From NCBI GenBank assembly GCA_965246715.1, contig CBDFFH010000021.1:96001-160000 (forward strand): DNA of 64,000 nucleotides, given 5' to 3'. Origin of the DNA: Chamaesiphon sp. (GTDB lineage Bacteria > Cyanobacteriota > Cyanobacteriia > Cyanobacteriales > Chamaesiphonaceae). Positions 1 to 11,045 of the stretch are shown piece by piece (the first letter of the stretch is position 1; every line of letters begins with the position of its first letter). A program made the position numbers and the translations under genes. The notes under the pieces were generated by a model, which worked only from the letters and a program-made list of their open reading frames with translations, was not told the DNA's origin and ran no database searches.

Positions 1-136
1 AATTTTTCAATCAGTCAACATAAGCCAAATAGCTTAGTTTGAGTGTATGCTCATTCAAAGAGCGTAAAGTCTTCGCGCGCTCGAAACCTACCACTTAAAT
101 GGTTGGCAACGCTTAAACCCCACTAATTTTAGAAAT

Positions 137-997
137 ATGAATCTGAAATCATTGCAGACGCTTGCCTCAGTAGCTTGCTTGACATTGGCAGGAATACCTA
201 TTGCTTCTACACCTGTTCGAGCTGTAATCCTTGCAACAAACACTGGTGCGACCGAAAGTGTCGATCCGCTTACAGGAGTTGTTACTACATACAACAATAA
301 TACTAGTGTCGTGTTTGGTGACATCGCTCTATCTGATGCAAACGTTCTTTACGGCATCAGCTTTGGTCAGGCAACTACTAACCTCTATACTATTAGCTCC
401 ACTCCATCTACAGCACCTACCCTAATTGGCTCTACAGGTACGACTTCAACTCAAAACCTAAATGGACTTGGCTTTGACGGTAGTGGCAACCTTTTTGCTA
501 CTGGAGCATCAAATTTCTACTCGATCGACAAAACTACAGGCTTAGCAACTCAAGTCGGTGCTAGTATCACAAATTTTACAAGCTCGGGGGACATTGCTTT
601 CGATCTAAAAAACAATCAGTTTTACGCTGTTTCGCAGCCAACTACTGGTAACAGTGTATTGTTTAGCATCGCCACCAATGGAACTGCTGCACAAATTGGC
701 AGCGATCTCGGTGTTGCTAATGTTTATGGATTGGCATTCGATAATGGTTTACTCTATGGCTACTCCGCAACTGGGCAAGAATTAACTATTAACCAAGCCA
801 CAGGAGCAGCAGTAGTAAAACTTAATGTTGCAGGTACACAAGCTGATAATGCCAGTAGCACTGTTAATATCTACGGCTCCGCCAACAAAAACAGCGCATC
901 ACAAACAGTACCAGAACCATTCACAATTATAGGCACCTTAATCGGTGGAACAGCAGCATTCAGAATGAGAAAGAAACTCAAAGCGGTCGCCTCTTAA
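137..997 (+). CDS. PEP-CTERM sorting domain surface protein (beta-propeller-like repeats)
   Basis: Signal peptide; repeated GLxFD/GDIAFD motifs; C-terminal VPEPFTIIGTLIGGTAAFRMRKKLK (VPEP + TM + basic tail). Confidence 0.9.
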   Translation: MNLKSLQTLASVACLTLAGIPIASTPVRAVILATNTGATESVDPLTGVVTTYNNNTSVVFGDIALSDANVLYGISFGQATTNLYTISSTPSTAPTLIGSTGTTSTQNLNGLGFDGSGNLFATGASNFYSIDKTTGLATQVGASITNFTSSGDIAFDLKNNQFYAVSQPTTGNSVLFSIATNGTAAQIGSDLGVANVYGLAFDNGLLYGYSATGQELTINQATGAAVVKLNVAGTQADNASSTVNIYGSANKNSASQTVPEPFTIIGTLIGGTAAFRMRKKLKAVAS

Positions 998-1073
998 TCC
1001 CAAGTCCCCAAAAATTCCCCATATCATACCCTAAAAACCCGTATTCCTTGCTGCTGTGGCAATGCAGGCGTTT

Positions 1074-1120
1074 TGTTTCGATCGATCTCATCTAAACACT
1101 CACACCAATCGATCGAAACA
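1074..1120. terminator. Inverted repeat after PEP-CTERM gene, possible terminator
   Basis: tgtttcgatcgat (1074-1086) / atcgatcgaaaca (1108-1120), perfect 13-bp stem. Confidence 0.45.
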
Positions 1121-1245
1121 GAGCGTCAACCTAGATTGAGGCGAACTTCTATCTATCAGCATCTTGCACATCAGGCTATTTTGATGGCTGGTTGTTAGGA
1201 TAAAGCTGGGATGAAGACGAACAGCCAACAACACACAGAGCGATC

Positions 1246-2877
1246 GTGAATTTAATTGAATTTTTACTCAAAGCGTCTTGGCGGAGCGTCTTAGCCGCCG
1301 CGATCGCCGGGACGCTGGGGGGCATTTGTAGTGCCGCCGCGATCGCAGTTATCAATCAATCGATTAGCCAGATTACTCCCACTCACCCGCAAGCATCCAC
1401 AGACTTATTCTGGGGCTTTCTCGTACTAGTAGCGATTACGCTCGTCAATAATCTCATTTCGCAATTTGTCTTGGCACAGTTGGCACAAGATGCGATCTAC
1501 AAGCTCCGACTCCGGATTAGCGGTTGGATCTTGGCTTCACCATTGCAACATCTCGAATCACTCGGTGCCAATCGCCTCCTGGCTACCTTAACTGAGGATA
1601 TTCAAGCGATTTCCAATGCCGTGTTTAATATCCCGGCATTGTGTGTCAATGTCGCACTGATCTTTGCCGCGTTGACTTATTTGGGTTGGTTGTCTGGCTG
1701 GGTGCTAATCGGGACGTTGGTATTTCTCGTGCTGAGTATCAGTATGGTACAAGTACTAATCGCTCGCGCCGTGTATTGGTTTACTCAAGCGAGAGAAGAG
1801 AATGATGCGCTGATGCAGCACTTTCGGGCGATTACCGATGGGGTGAAAGAACTCAAGCTCAATTCGCTCCGCCGCGACGATTTTATGACCGAGGATTTGG
1901 ATGCGACGGCGGCGGCGCTGCGAAACTATCGGATCGGCTCGCAACGGGCGATTGCGTTATCGACAACTTTAGGTGATGTTTCGTTGTTCGTGCTGTTTGG
2001 ATTGTTAGTGTACGGGTTGCCCCAAGTGACTACGGTTTCGGCGGGATTGCTGTCGGGGTATGTGATCACGATGTCCTATCTGATGCGTCCGCTCGGGAAT
2101 ATTCTCGCGACACTCCCGAGTCTCGGCTTAGCAGGTGTCGCCTTGCGAAAAATCGATACATTGGGGTTGTCGCTGATAAATCAGGCGGAAGTATCAGCCC
2201 AAATTACTGCCAAACGGACGGGATTCGATCGGATTGAAATCTCTCAGGCAACGCATATTTACCGGATGGAAGGACAACAAGCAGCGACTTTTACCTTGGG
2301 GCCGATCGATCTGACGATCGCACCTGGAGAATTAATCTTTATCGTCGGCGGGAATGGGAGCGGTAAATCGACATTAGCCAAGCTGATTACCGGATTATAT
2401 ATGCCCGATGCGGGACAAATTAGGTTAGATGGTAAGGCGATCGATGACAAAAATCGCGAAGCTTATCGGCAGTTATTTTCGACGGTATTTGCTGACTTTT
2501 ATTTATTCGATCGCTTAGTCGGCATTCGGCTCGATAATCTAGACGCACAAGCCAAGGCTTATCTAGAGCAACTAGAACTTACCCATAAAGTCGAAGTTCG
2601 CAACGGTAAACTTTCGACTACCGCACTCTCCCAAGGCCAGCGCAAACGGTTGGCACTCCTGACAGCATATCTTGAAGATCGTCCGATCTACTTATTTGAT
2701 GAATGGGCGGCAGACCAAGACCCGTTTTTTCGTGAGGTGTTTTACAAACAGCTGTTACCGGAGTTAAAGCAACGTGGTAAGGCGGTTTTGGTAATCAGTC
2801 ATGACGATCGCTACTTCCATTTAGCCGATCGGTTGTTGAAACTAGACTATGGGAAGATAGTTAATAGTCAACAGTGA
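1246..2877 (+). CDS. Cyclic peptide export ABC transporter (PvdE/SyrD/YojI family), fused TMD-ATPase
   Basis: Several TM helices; Walker A GGNGSGKST; LSQGQRKRLAL; FDEWAADQDP family signature. Confidence 0.92.
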   Translation: MNLIEFLLKASWRSVLAAAIAGTLGGICSAAAIAVINQSISQITPTHPQASTDLFWGFLVLVAITLVNNLISQFVLAQLAQDAIYKLRLRISGWILASPLQHLESLGANRLLATLTEDIQAISNAVFNIPALCVNVALIFAALTYLGWLSGWVLIGTLVFLVLSISMVQVLIARAVYWFTQAREENDALMQHFRAITDGVKELKLNSLRRDDFMTEDLDATAAALRNYRIGSQRAIALSTTLGDVSLFVLFGLLVYGLPQVTTVSAGLLSGYVITMSYLMRPLGNILATLPSLGLAGVALRKIDTLGLSLINQAEVSAQITAKRTGFDRIEISQATHIYRMEGQQAATFTLGPIDLTIAPGELIFIVGGNGSGKSTLAKLITGLYMPDAGQIRLDGKAIDDKNREAYRQLFSTVFADFYLFDRLVGIRLDNLDAQAKAYLEQLELTHKVEVRNGKLSTTALSQGQRKRLALLTAYLEDRPIYLFDEWAADQDPFFREVFYKQLLPELKQRGKAVLVISHDDRYFHLADRLLKLDYGKIVNSQQ

Positions 2878-3009
2878 ATAGTGAATAGTGAACAGTGGAT
2901 AATGTGGTCGTTTGTTATTGGTAGAGATGTTTCGGTGGCCTCTACAATTAATGTTGTGCTTTATTTATCTACTCACTCTCCCCTAACCCCTAATCTCTAA
3001 TCCCTAACG

Positions 3010-3951
3010 ATGCGTTTCTACACCTCCCACCCCGATCTCACCAAACTTGCAGAACAGGCGCTAGCGAATACTTGGGCGGAATTTCCCAATTTGGGACGCG
3101 AACAGATCGCATTGACGTGGATCGTGTACGATCGACCGTTTCCAGTGAATACGGGTGGGGCGATTACACCGGACGAACTGTGGCGATATCCGGTGCGGGG
3201 ATATAGTTATCGGAGTGGCGAACGGATTTATCCAGCTAGTCTGGCGAAGTTATTTTATTTGGTAGCGATGCATGAGTGGTTGGAGCAGGGGATGGCGACA
3301 GTATCTAGCGAACTCGCTCGCGCGATCCGGGATATGACGATCGACTCTAGCAACGATGCGACTAGTCTAGTTGTCGATACGCTCACGGGTACCACTAGCG
3401 GGCCGGAATTATCAGCAGGGCCATTTACCACCTGGAAAGCCCAGCGCAATCTCGTTAATCGCTACTATCAATCGCTCGGCTGGCTGGAATTAGATCCGAT
3501 TAATATCAATCAAAAAACTTGGAGCGAAGGCCCCTACGGACGCGAACGCATTTTTGTCGGCGAGATGCGGGAAAACCGGAATATGTTGACCACCGATGCT
3601 GTGGCGAGATTGCTGCATAGTATTGTCGGCGGCGCAGCAGTAAGTGGCGATCGATCGGGACAAATGATGCAACTGCTCCAGCGCGATCTCCATCTCGCTG
3701 GAACCCCGCCCGCTCCAGGCGAAGAGAACCAAGTAAATGGCTTTCTAGGGGCGGGATTACCGCCTGAGAGTCAAATTTGGTCGAAGGCTGGCTGGACATC
3801 GCAGGTGCGTCACGATGCGGCTTATATCGAATTACCAGACCGCCAACCCTATTTACTCGTCGCGTTTATAGAAGGTACCACTAACAGTCAGAATCGGGAG
3901 ATTTTGCCCTTGCTCTCGGATCGATTCGTTACCGCGATGTCCCAAATCTAA
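3010..3951 (+). CDS. Serine hydrolase, class A beta-lactamase-like
   Basis: SxxK (PASLAK), SSNDAT, KAG and HDAAYI motifs. Confidence 0.85.
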   Translation: MRFYTSHPDLTKLAEQALANTWAEFPNLGREQIALTWIVYDRPFPVNTGGAITPDELWRYPVRGYSYRSGERIYPASLAKLFYLVAMHEWLEQGMATVSSELARAIRDMTIDSSNDATSLVVDTLTGTTSGPELSAGPFTTWKAQRNLVNRYYQSLGWLELDPININQKTWSEGPYGRERIFVGEMRENRNMLTTDAVARLLHSIVGGAAVSGDRSGQMMQLLQRDLHLAGTPPAPGEENQVNGFLGAGLPPESQIWSKAGWTSQVRHDAAYIELPDRQPYLLVAFIEGTTNSQNREILPLLSDRFVTAMSQI

Positions 3952-4119
3952 GCGATTCGATCGATCGATTTTAAATCTGGAAACTATCCGCGCGATTATT
4001 TAGTCTAGAATTCTTTAAGGGATTAGATTTTAGCAATTGCTTACATAGCATCTATTCTGAATGATTGCTAACTAGAGCCGATAGAATAACTAAATTTTGA
4101 GGAGTAATCAATATCCATT

Positions 4120-4767
4120 ATGCCCTTACCGATCGCTACACCAGCAACAGCGCTCATTGCCCCACAACTCGCTCCCAGCCAAGTTAAAAAGTCTGACGCG
4201 AAACTGAAATTTGGTTTGAGTTCGACAAGTGCCGCACTTTTAACTAGCCCCGATTTGAAGGCGGCACCATTACTGCCAAAGATCGCTCAATCCGAGCTTC
4301 CTGGTGGTTCTACTCCACCCCCGCCAGCACCTACCGCACCCCCTGAACCCAGCATTCGCGATACAGGTAGCGGCTACCCCTCTAGAATTCCTGCTAACTA
4401 TTTTGGCCCCGCACTCGGGTTTGGCAATGGCAACACGTCTTTTGGTGTCATCAGCAGATTCCCATTTGGGAATAAGCTCTCGATCCGGCCATCTGCTGTT
4501 TTTGGCAACAATACAACTTTACGCGTGCCAGTTACCTATGATTTCGCTTTGGGCGATCCCGAGCCGTTCGAGCGCAATCCACTGATCGTGTTTAATGCTG
4601 GGGCTGGGATTCAGTACACGTCAGGGAATAACAACAGTAAGTTTGGCATTTTAGGCACGATCGGGATCGATGTCAATCTATTTGAAGGTACGGTATTAGT
4701 CGGCAGTTTTAATACTGATTTTGCTAATAATAATGGTACCAATGTTGGTTTGGGATTTGAGTTTTAG
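4120..4767 (+). CDS. Hypothetical protein, probable outer-membrane beta-barrel C-terminus
   Basis: Pro-rich linker, alternating beta strands, terminal GLGFEF. Confidence 0.6.
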   Translation: MPLPIATPATALIAPQLAPSQVKKSDAKLKFGLSSTSAALLTSPDLKAAPLLPKIAQSELPGGSTPPPPAPTAPPEPSIRDTGSGYPSRIPANYFGPALGFGNGNTSFGVISRFPFGNKLSIRPSAVFGNNTTLRVPVTYDFALGDPEPFERNPLIVFNAGAGIQYTSGNNNSKFGILGTIGIDVNLFEGTVLVGSFNTDFANNNGTNVGLGFEF

Positions 4768-4797
4768 TTAGTGGCTAGCCACCATCCTCCCAAGATC

Positions 4798-6081
4798 CTA
4801 TCCGCCATCCCCGATTTTCACTGGTAATCTAACGGCAAATTCCGTCCAGCCATTGATGCTAGCGACGTGAATTTGACCGTTTAATTGCTGGACTAATTTT
4901 TGGACGATCGAGAGTCCCAGGCCAGTGCCACCTTGGTGGTCGCGATCGCCGCCAGGAACGCGATAAAATTGGTCGAAGATATAAGGTAAATGTTTTTCGG
5001 CAATTTCGGCCTGATTTTTAATGGCGATCGTCAGCGATTCGGAATTGGGATTGCTATCGACTTCGACCGAAATCTTTCCACCCGATTGCGTGTATTTACA
5101 GGCATTATTAACTAGCTCGGTCAAGATTTTAGTTAGATAAACTCGATTGGTAGCAATCGTCGGCAACCATTCGGACGTGGATGTAGTTAGTGCTTGATGG
5201 CGCGTATCAGCACGATGGATGAATGGCTCGATCGTCGTTGGTAACCAAGTGGCAATTTCTACCGAGTCGATATCGACTCGATCGTTTAACGGCGCTCCTG
5301 ACCTGTCAGCAGTGAGTTTCAATCGCTGTAATTCTAGAATATTATCGATTGCATCTACCTCGCGATCGCATTCTTGTTCCAATACTGCTAAATACTTTTG
5401 TGCGCGATGCCCGGAGATTAAAGCTGCGATCTCGTGGTCTGTATTTAGACTGATTTTTAACATCCGCACTGCCATTTTAATATTCATTAATGGTGCGCGC
5501 AAGTCATGAGAAATAGTATTAATAAATTCTTCTTTTTGCTGACAGATCGATTCTAATTCGCTAATTCGTTCGATTAATTCTGCTAGATCTGATAGAGGTG
5601 AAGAAGTGTGAGCGATCGAAATCGAATTAGGCATGATGTCCAGCTCCCGATTCATCGCCGTCAGTAATTGTTGTCCTAGTGCTTGTACCCAGGATAAGTC
5701 TTGTGGAGTCCACACGCTTTTTTGATTGCCGATCAGGCAAATTCTCCCCCACAATCGACCGGAATTACTGCTGCCAAAACCTGTTGGCAGTTCGAGTAGG
5801 GGCACAAACACATATCGATCGCAAATATGGATATTCATCACCGTTGTCGTGGCGGTAAATTCCACAATTTCGCGATCGTGCATTCGAGCATCGATCTCTT
5901 GTTCTTTGGCAGGTTCCAATCTGAGGATCGATCGACCGAGATCGGGTAACTGGGCGATTGTCAACCATCGCTGTGACTGCGGTTGATATTGTTGGATCGA
6001 TACGCCGTACAGGACGAGAATTTCCTGAATTTGGGTGGCGGTGAGTTGACAGAGATAATTTGTGTCGATGGGACTGAACAT
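4798..6081 (-). CDS. Sensor histidine kinase with N-terminal GAF-like domain
   Basis: H-box SHDLRAPL, N-box ELVNNACKY, G2 GTGLGL. Confidence 0.9.
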   Translation of the reverse strand: MFSPIDTNYLCQLTATQIQEILVLYGVSIQQYQPQSQRWLTIAQLPDLGRSILRLEPAKEQEIDARMHDREIVEFTATTTVMNIHICDRYVFVPLLELPTGFGSSNSGRLWGRICLIGNQKSVWTPQDLSWVQALGQQLLTAMNRELDIMPNSISIAHTSSPLSDLAELIERISELESICQQKEEFINTISHDLRAPLMNIKMAVRMLKISLNTDHEIAALISGHRAQKYLAVLEQECDREVDAIDNILELQRLKLTADRSGAPLNDRVDIDSVEIATWLPTTIEPFIHRADTRHQALTTSTSEWLPTIATNRVYLTKILTELVNNACKYTQSGGKISVEVDSNPNSESLTIAIKNQAEIAEKHLPYIFDQFYRVPGGDRDHQGGTGLGLSIVQKLVQQLNGQIHVASINGWTEFAVRLPVKIGDGG

Positions 6082-6194
6082 GGATGATTATCGGCCATTA
6101 TCGGGGTTATGAAGCAGTCAGGAGGAGAATCTATCGATCCAACTAGATTAATAAAATTTGTTACAATTTATAGATAAGATCCAATAAAAAGCAT

Positions 6195-6935
6195 ATGAGC
6201 GATTTTTCCGAAGAACGGCAATTAGTGCCAAGTGAAGCTGCTGCCATCGCAGCAGCAGTAAGCCAACGAGAATCAGCCAACTCAACAGTATTATCCCAAC
6301 AGTTAGAGAGTACAAATCTCCGCGATCGCATGGTAGCATTGGCCTCGCTCCGAGATCTGCCTGCTGATGTCGCACTGCCATTGATTAAAAAAGTTCTCAA
6401 TGACGAAAGCTTGCAACTGCGATCGATGGCAGTATTTGCTTTAGGTGTCAAAGTCACTCCAGAATCTTACCCGATTTTGATCGATATCCTCGCTAACGAC
6501 CCAGATTATGGGATTCGGGCAGATGCTGCGGGTGCATTGGGCTACTTAGAGGATATTCGCGCCTTTGAAGGATTAGTCAGGGCATTTTATGAAGATACCG
6601 ACTGGTTGGTACGGTTTAGTGCGGCAGTGTCCTTGGGCAATCTCAAAGATCCACGAGCTTTTGACGTACTGATGCGCGCGTTAGATTCGCCAGAAATCGT
6701 CCTCCAACAGGCAGCAATTGCGGCACTTGGTGAGATTAAGGCGATCGCGGCGGTCGATCGCTTGGTACTATTTATCGAAGCTGAGGACTGGATGACCCGC
6801 CAACGGTTAGCTGAGTCGCTGGGACAATTGCCTACTGCTAAAAGTATCTCGGCACTGAAGTATCTCACCAAGGATAGTCATCCGCATGTTTCGGCAGCGG
6901 CAACGATCTGTTTGCAACGACTGAATGAAGGATAG
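6195..6935 (+). CDS. nblB: HEAT-repeat PBS lyase-like protein, NblB-like
   Basis: HEAT repeats (DYGIRADAAGALGYL, DWLVRFSAAVSLG); adjacent to CpcS-type lyase. Confidence 0.75.
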   Translation: MSDFSEERQLVPSEAAAIAAAVSQRESANSTVLSQQLESTNLRDRMVALASLRDLPADVALPLIKKVLNDESLQLRSMAVFALGVKVTPESYPILIDILANDPDYGIRADAAGALGYLEDIRAFEGLVRAFYEDTDWLVRFSAAVSLGNLKDPRAFDVLMRALDSPEIVLQQAAIAALGEIKAIAAVDRLVLFIEAEDWMTRQRLAESLGQLPTAKSISALKYLTKDSHPHVSAAATICLQRLNEG

Positions 6936-7121
6936 ATCTCGCGGTTGACGCTCGTGCGTTATGCTGAGGCGATCGCACATCCTAACTCTAGAGAGCTAAA
7001 GGGTGTGTCCCTGCCGAGCATAACGCACATCTGCCGATCGTCTACCGTTGTCGAACTAGGGACGATCGACTGGGGAAGTTATACTGGTTTATCGATCGAA
7101 ATATAATTTTTAAGATTCATC

Positions 7122-7661
7122 ATGGATGTCAAAGAATTTTTTGAGTTGAGTGCGGGTAAATGGTTTTCGCAAAAAACCAGCCACCATCTCACTTTGAAAC
7201 AATCAGAACACGGCAAATCCGATCTTGTCATTGACATCCTCCCTAGCGAAGATCCGCAGGTCATCCAATTGTGTCAACAAGCTAATGTCGATCGTAATGC
7301 GATCTGGGGTGGTGCGAAATATACCTGGAAAGGCACGACACACTGGGATGCCCAGCAGCAGAGTCCAGCAAATCAACAGGGTGCGGCGATCGTGATTTTG
7401 GTTCCAAGTCAGCCAGGATCGAAGTCTGGTAAGCTATTTCGCACTAATATTGGGGCTGCTGAGACTGCACCGATCGCGGCTGAGTATACATTGGGTGAAG
7501 ATAATGCCCTAACTTTGGTTACTAAAGACGATCGAATTCACTCGGAAGAACGCATCTGGTTCGAGAGCGATAACGTCCGCCTCCGGACGACGATTGTTTC
7601 TCAGCCTAATGATGATGCGCTGGCTGCTTTTTATACCGAAATTCGGATGGGTGGAAAGTAG
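7122..7661 (+). CDS. Phycobiliprotein lyase, CpcS/CpeS family
   Basis: FFELSAGKWFSQKTSHHL and EERIWFESDNVRLRT motifs. Confidence 0.85.
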   Translation: MDVKEFFELSAGKWFSQKTSHHLTLKQSEHGKSDLVIDILPSEDPQVIQLCQQANVDRNAIWGGAKYTWKGTTHWDAQQQSPANQQGAAIVILVPSQPGSKSGKLFRTNIGAAETAPIAAEYTLGEDNALTLVTKDDRIHSEERIWFESDNVRLRTTIVSQPNDDALAAFYTEIRMGGK

Positions 7662-7887
7662 TCCCACGCTGAATAGTTTCGATCGCGGGTTGTTTGAGTG
7701 ACAGGAGCGAAAAGCTGACAGTCGGCTGATTTCAGCCTTGTGGGGAGACGGGCTTCGATCTGTATCGACGATCGTAACGCAGCTGCTGATACAGAAATTT
7801 TCAAATTCTTGGGTTGCTCGGTTGCGAAAAGTTGCGCGCAGTGTAAGAATGCGGTTGGTCTATTATTAAGCGAATCTTTACAAATAC

Positions 7888-8949
7888 GTGCAATCTAATT
7901 TAGTCGAACCGATCGGTCACAGCACAGCTCAATTCGAGCGAGAACGGCTCCCTTTCACCATCCAAGATGTTAGACAAGCAATTCCCAAGCATTGTTTTGT
8001 CCCATCAACCTGGAAATCCTTAGCTTACTTTTTTCGCGATGTGGCGATCGTTACTGGATTATACGTATTAGCAGCCCAGCTAGATTCTTGGTTTTTCTAT
8101 CCAGCATTCTGGTTCATGCAAGCGACGATGTTTTGGGCGTTATTCGTCATCGGACACGATTGCGGACATGGCTCGTTCTCGCGTCACAAATGGCTCAACG
8201 ATCTGGTCGGGCACATTTCCCACTCATTTATTTTGGTACCATATCACGGTTGGCGGATCAGCCACCGGACGCACCACAAAAACACTGGCAACATCGAAAC
8301 CGATGAAAGTTGGTATCCCGTCTCAGAAGATAAATACGACGAGATGCAGTGGTGGGAGAAGTTTCTCCGGTTTGATTTCACTTTATTATTTGCTTATCCT
8401 TTATATTTATTCCGTCGCTCGCCCGAACGTCCGGGTGGTTCTCACTTCCATCCAGCTAGCCCGATCTTCCGCCCTTCTGAAAAGTGGGACGTAATTACCA
8501 GCAGTATCTGTTGTGCGGTAATGGTTGGCTTAGTCGCTGCTGGTACCTTTACTTGGGGCTGGTTGTGGTTGGTTAAGTTTTATTTGGTGCCTTATCTTGG
8601 CTTTGTCGTGTGGTTGGATTTGGTAACTTTCTTGCACCATACCGACGACGATTTACCTTGGTATCGTGGTAAAGATTGGTACTTCCTCAAAGGGGCGATC
8701 TCGACGATCGATCATGATTATGGGATCTTCAATGATATCCACCATAACATCGGCACCCACGTCGCTCACCATATCTTCTTATCGATCCCTCACTACCATC
8801 TCTTAGAGGCAACAGCGGCGATTAAACCAGTTTTAGGTAGTTATTATCACAAATCAGATCGATCTCTCTGGGCAGCCTTCTGGGATGCTAAGGTGAACTG
8901 TCACTTTGTCTCGAATACTGGCTCGAAAATTTATTATCAGTCGAAGTAG
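7888..8949 (+). CDS. desB: Omega-3 (delta-15) fatty acid desaturase
   Basis: His boxes HDCGH, HRTHH, HVAHH; MFWALFVIGHDCGHGSFS. Confidence 0.9.
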   Translation: MQSNLVEPIGHSTAQFERERLPFTIQDVRQAIPKHCFVPSTWKSLAYFFRDVAIVTGLYVLAAQLDSWFFYPAFWFMQATMFWALFVIGHDCGHGSFSRHKWLNDLVGHISHSFILVPYHGWRISHRTHHKNTGNIETDESWYPVSEDKYDEMQWWEKFLRFDFTLLFAYPLYLFRRSPERPGGSHFHPASPIFRPSEKWDVITSSICCAVMVGLVAAGTFTWGWLWLVKFYLVPYLGFVVWLDLVTFLHHTDDDLPWYRGKDWYFLKGAISTIDHDYGIFNDIHHNIGTHVAHHIFLSIPHYHLLEATAAIKPVLGSYYHKSDRSLWAAFWDAKVNCHFVSNTGSKIYYQSK

Positions 8950-8983
8950 TGAACAGTGAACAGTTGAGAGTTCATATGTAAAA

Positions 8984-9023
8984 AAAAGGGGCGATCGAAA
9001 TATATACATTCGATCGCTCTTTT
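8984..9023 (+). terminator. Probably bidirectional intrinsic terminator
   Basis: A-tract + gcgatcgaa...ttcgatcgc + T-tract between convergent genes. Confidence 0.65.
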
Positions 9024-9324
9024 ATGTTGTCTGGTGTTGTAGAGGCGATCGATTGTTGTTGCGAGTCTAAGATAGTAATTTGTAGGGTGGGCAGTGGCCA
9101 CCACAGGGATTTTAACCGATCGCTATCAATACTAAAAATGAGATTATTACTAAAATTTAGATTTGAGAAGATATGCCCGCTCGGGTGACTATCTACTGTC
9201 GCAAATCGGTGATTCGCGTAACCGCAGGAGAGATTCTTGCGGGACTCGAAATAGCCGCGACTTCAGTCGCAGGCAAGAAATAGATAGCAACTTGGGTTAG
9301 TTTAGACCTAATTACCGTGAGTTT

Positions 9325-10665
9325 TTACAACTGATTTCGGGATTTGATTTGGATGTATCGATCGACTAATCGATCGCTGAGTTGGTTTGCTGGAGCATCT
9401 AATACCAATACCCCTTGGCGTTTGAGATTGGCAAAAGCGAGTTCGCGTTGTTGGAGAAAATCTAGTGCAACAGATTGAGTATAAGCGCCAGGAATATCAG
9501 TGGCTAATGTGTGGGCGCGGAAATCGACTTGCGGATCGCGGAGCGTGACACAGAAAGGGAGATAACGGGGGGTGAGTCTGCCTAGAGCAGTGAGCAGTTC
9601 GGCGGAGGCGATATCGTCGATGATATCTGTGATGACGACAACTAGAGCGCGACGGCTCTGTTGCTTGATAATATTGGTGACGGCTCCGAGATAGTCGGGT
9701 TCGAGGAGTTCTGGCTGAATCCGGCTGAGGCGATCGAGTATTTTGGAAAAATGCGCTTGTCCGCGTTGTGGTGGGATCCAGGTAGAGAGATAGCGATCGA
9801 ATACCCCCACACCCACGCGATCTCCCCGCTGAGTCGCCGCGAGTGCCAGCGACAGCGTCGCATTCAAACCGAAGTCAAAACGTTTGTAGCCCTGAATATT
9901 CGCAGTCATCAAGCGCCCTCGATCGAGCAAAATAATTACTGTCTGCTCCTGTTCGGGTTCTAGAACGCGAATTAGGGGGCGATTGCGTCTGGCGGTAGCT
10001 TTCCAATCGATCGATCGCGGATCGTCACCAGCATTATATTCCCGCAGTTCGCTAAATTCTGTCCCCATGCCTTGCTTGCGATTTTGACGCATGGCTCCGC
10101 TAGATTGGAGTGTCAGCCGGATCGAGAGCGATTTCAAGCCGATTAAATCGGGATACACGGCGACGGTTTGTGCCGCATCTACTCGCCATTGCTGCCAAGC
10201 TAAACCCCAAGCACCCAATTGACGGACATAAATTCCTTGCCATTCATACTCGCCTCGGCGGTAAGGATGGACTGTATAACTAGTTGTTTCGCTCGTACCC
10301 GCAACTAATGACCCCGAAATTAATGCAGGCATGCTCGGTAAATCTTGCGGGACACCATCGCGAATTTGATAGCGAAATTGTCGGGTTTTGTTTCGATATT
10401 GTCCCGATCTAATTGTGAGGGTGACTGGGTTGTCACGCCCGATCGAGAGTTTTCCTAACTCCGATCTACTTACTTCCACTCGATCGGCTTTAACTCCCTG
10501 GGCATCAATACCCGCAAGAATCAGGATTGCTAAGTAAAACCCAAATGTCAGCAGTACTGCTGCGCCAATCCCCTGTGGCATCGGCAGCAGGATCGCTAAA
10601 ATAGTAGAAACTAATCCCCAGCCTGATAACAGCCATAATGTCCGCGCACTGGGAATAAAGCCCAT
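9325..10665 (-). CDS. DUF58 domain protein (MoxR-associated, vWA-like)
   Basis: GTEFSELREYNAGDDPRSIDWKATAR motif; N-terminal TM helices. Confidence 0.9.
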   Translation of the reverse strand: MGFIPSARTLWLLSGWGLVSTILAILLPMPQGIGAAVLLTFGFYLAILILAGIDAQGVKADRVEVSRSELGKLSIGRDNPVTLTIRSGQYRNKTRQFRYQIRDGVPQDLPSMPALISGSLVAGTSETTSYTVHPYRRGEYEWQGIYVRQLGAWGLAWQQWRVDAAQTVAVYPDLIGLKSLSIRLTLQSSGAMRQNRKQGMGTEFSELREYNAGDDPRSIDWKATARRNRPLIRVLEPEQEQTVIILLDRGRLMTANIQGYKRFDFGLNATLSLALAATQRGDRVGVGVFDRYLSTWIPPQRGQAHFSKILDRLSRIQPELLEPDYLGAVTNIIKQQSRRALVVVITDIIDDIASAELLTALGRLTPRYLPFCVTLRDPQVDFRAHTLATDIPGAYTQSVALDFLQQRELAFANLKRQGVLVLDAPANQLSDRLVDRYIQIKSRNQL

Positions 10666-11045
10666 AGAAATAATGAATTAGGAGTTATAAACTATTATCT
10701 ACCACTAAGTAGGTCGGCACAAATATTTAGTAGAAGTTCACAGGGGTAGCAAAAAGTAGAAGTTCATATAAATGGAGAATGGGTACTGCCCACAGAACAT
10801 AAATAGCCGAAGTAATAAGAACTTAAACTGCTTGATTCGATTACCTCCGGTACGCTACGCGAACGAGATAATCTCTACACTAATCGATCGCAAAGTGTGC
10901 CATAGGCAACCGATATTAACCACTGCAAATATTTATATTACTAGATCGATAATGGTGTTTGTGGGCAGTACCTACCATACAAAATTGAAATCTATTTGAT
11001 GCGATCGAACAATCTTTCACCAATAGATCGAATGTACATTCCCTA

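Noticed and set aside
1246..2877. Peptide exporter as sign of an NRPS/RiPP cluster
   Set aside because: No biosynthetic genes or precursor peptides nearby; orphan copies are common.
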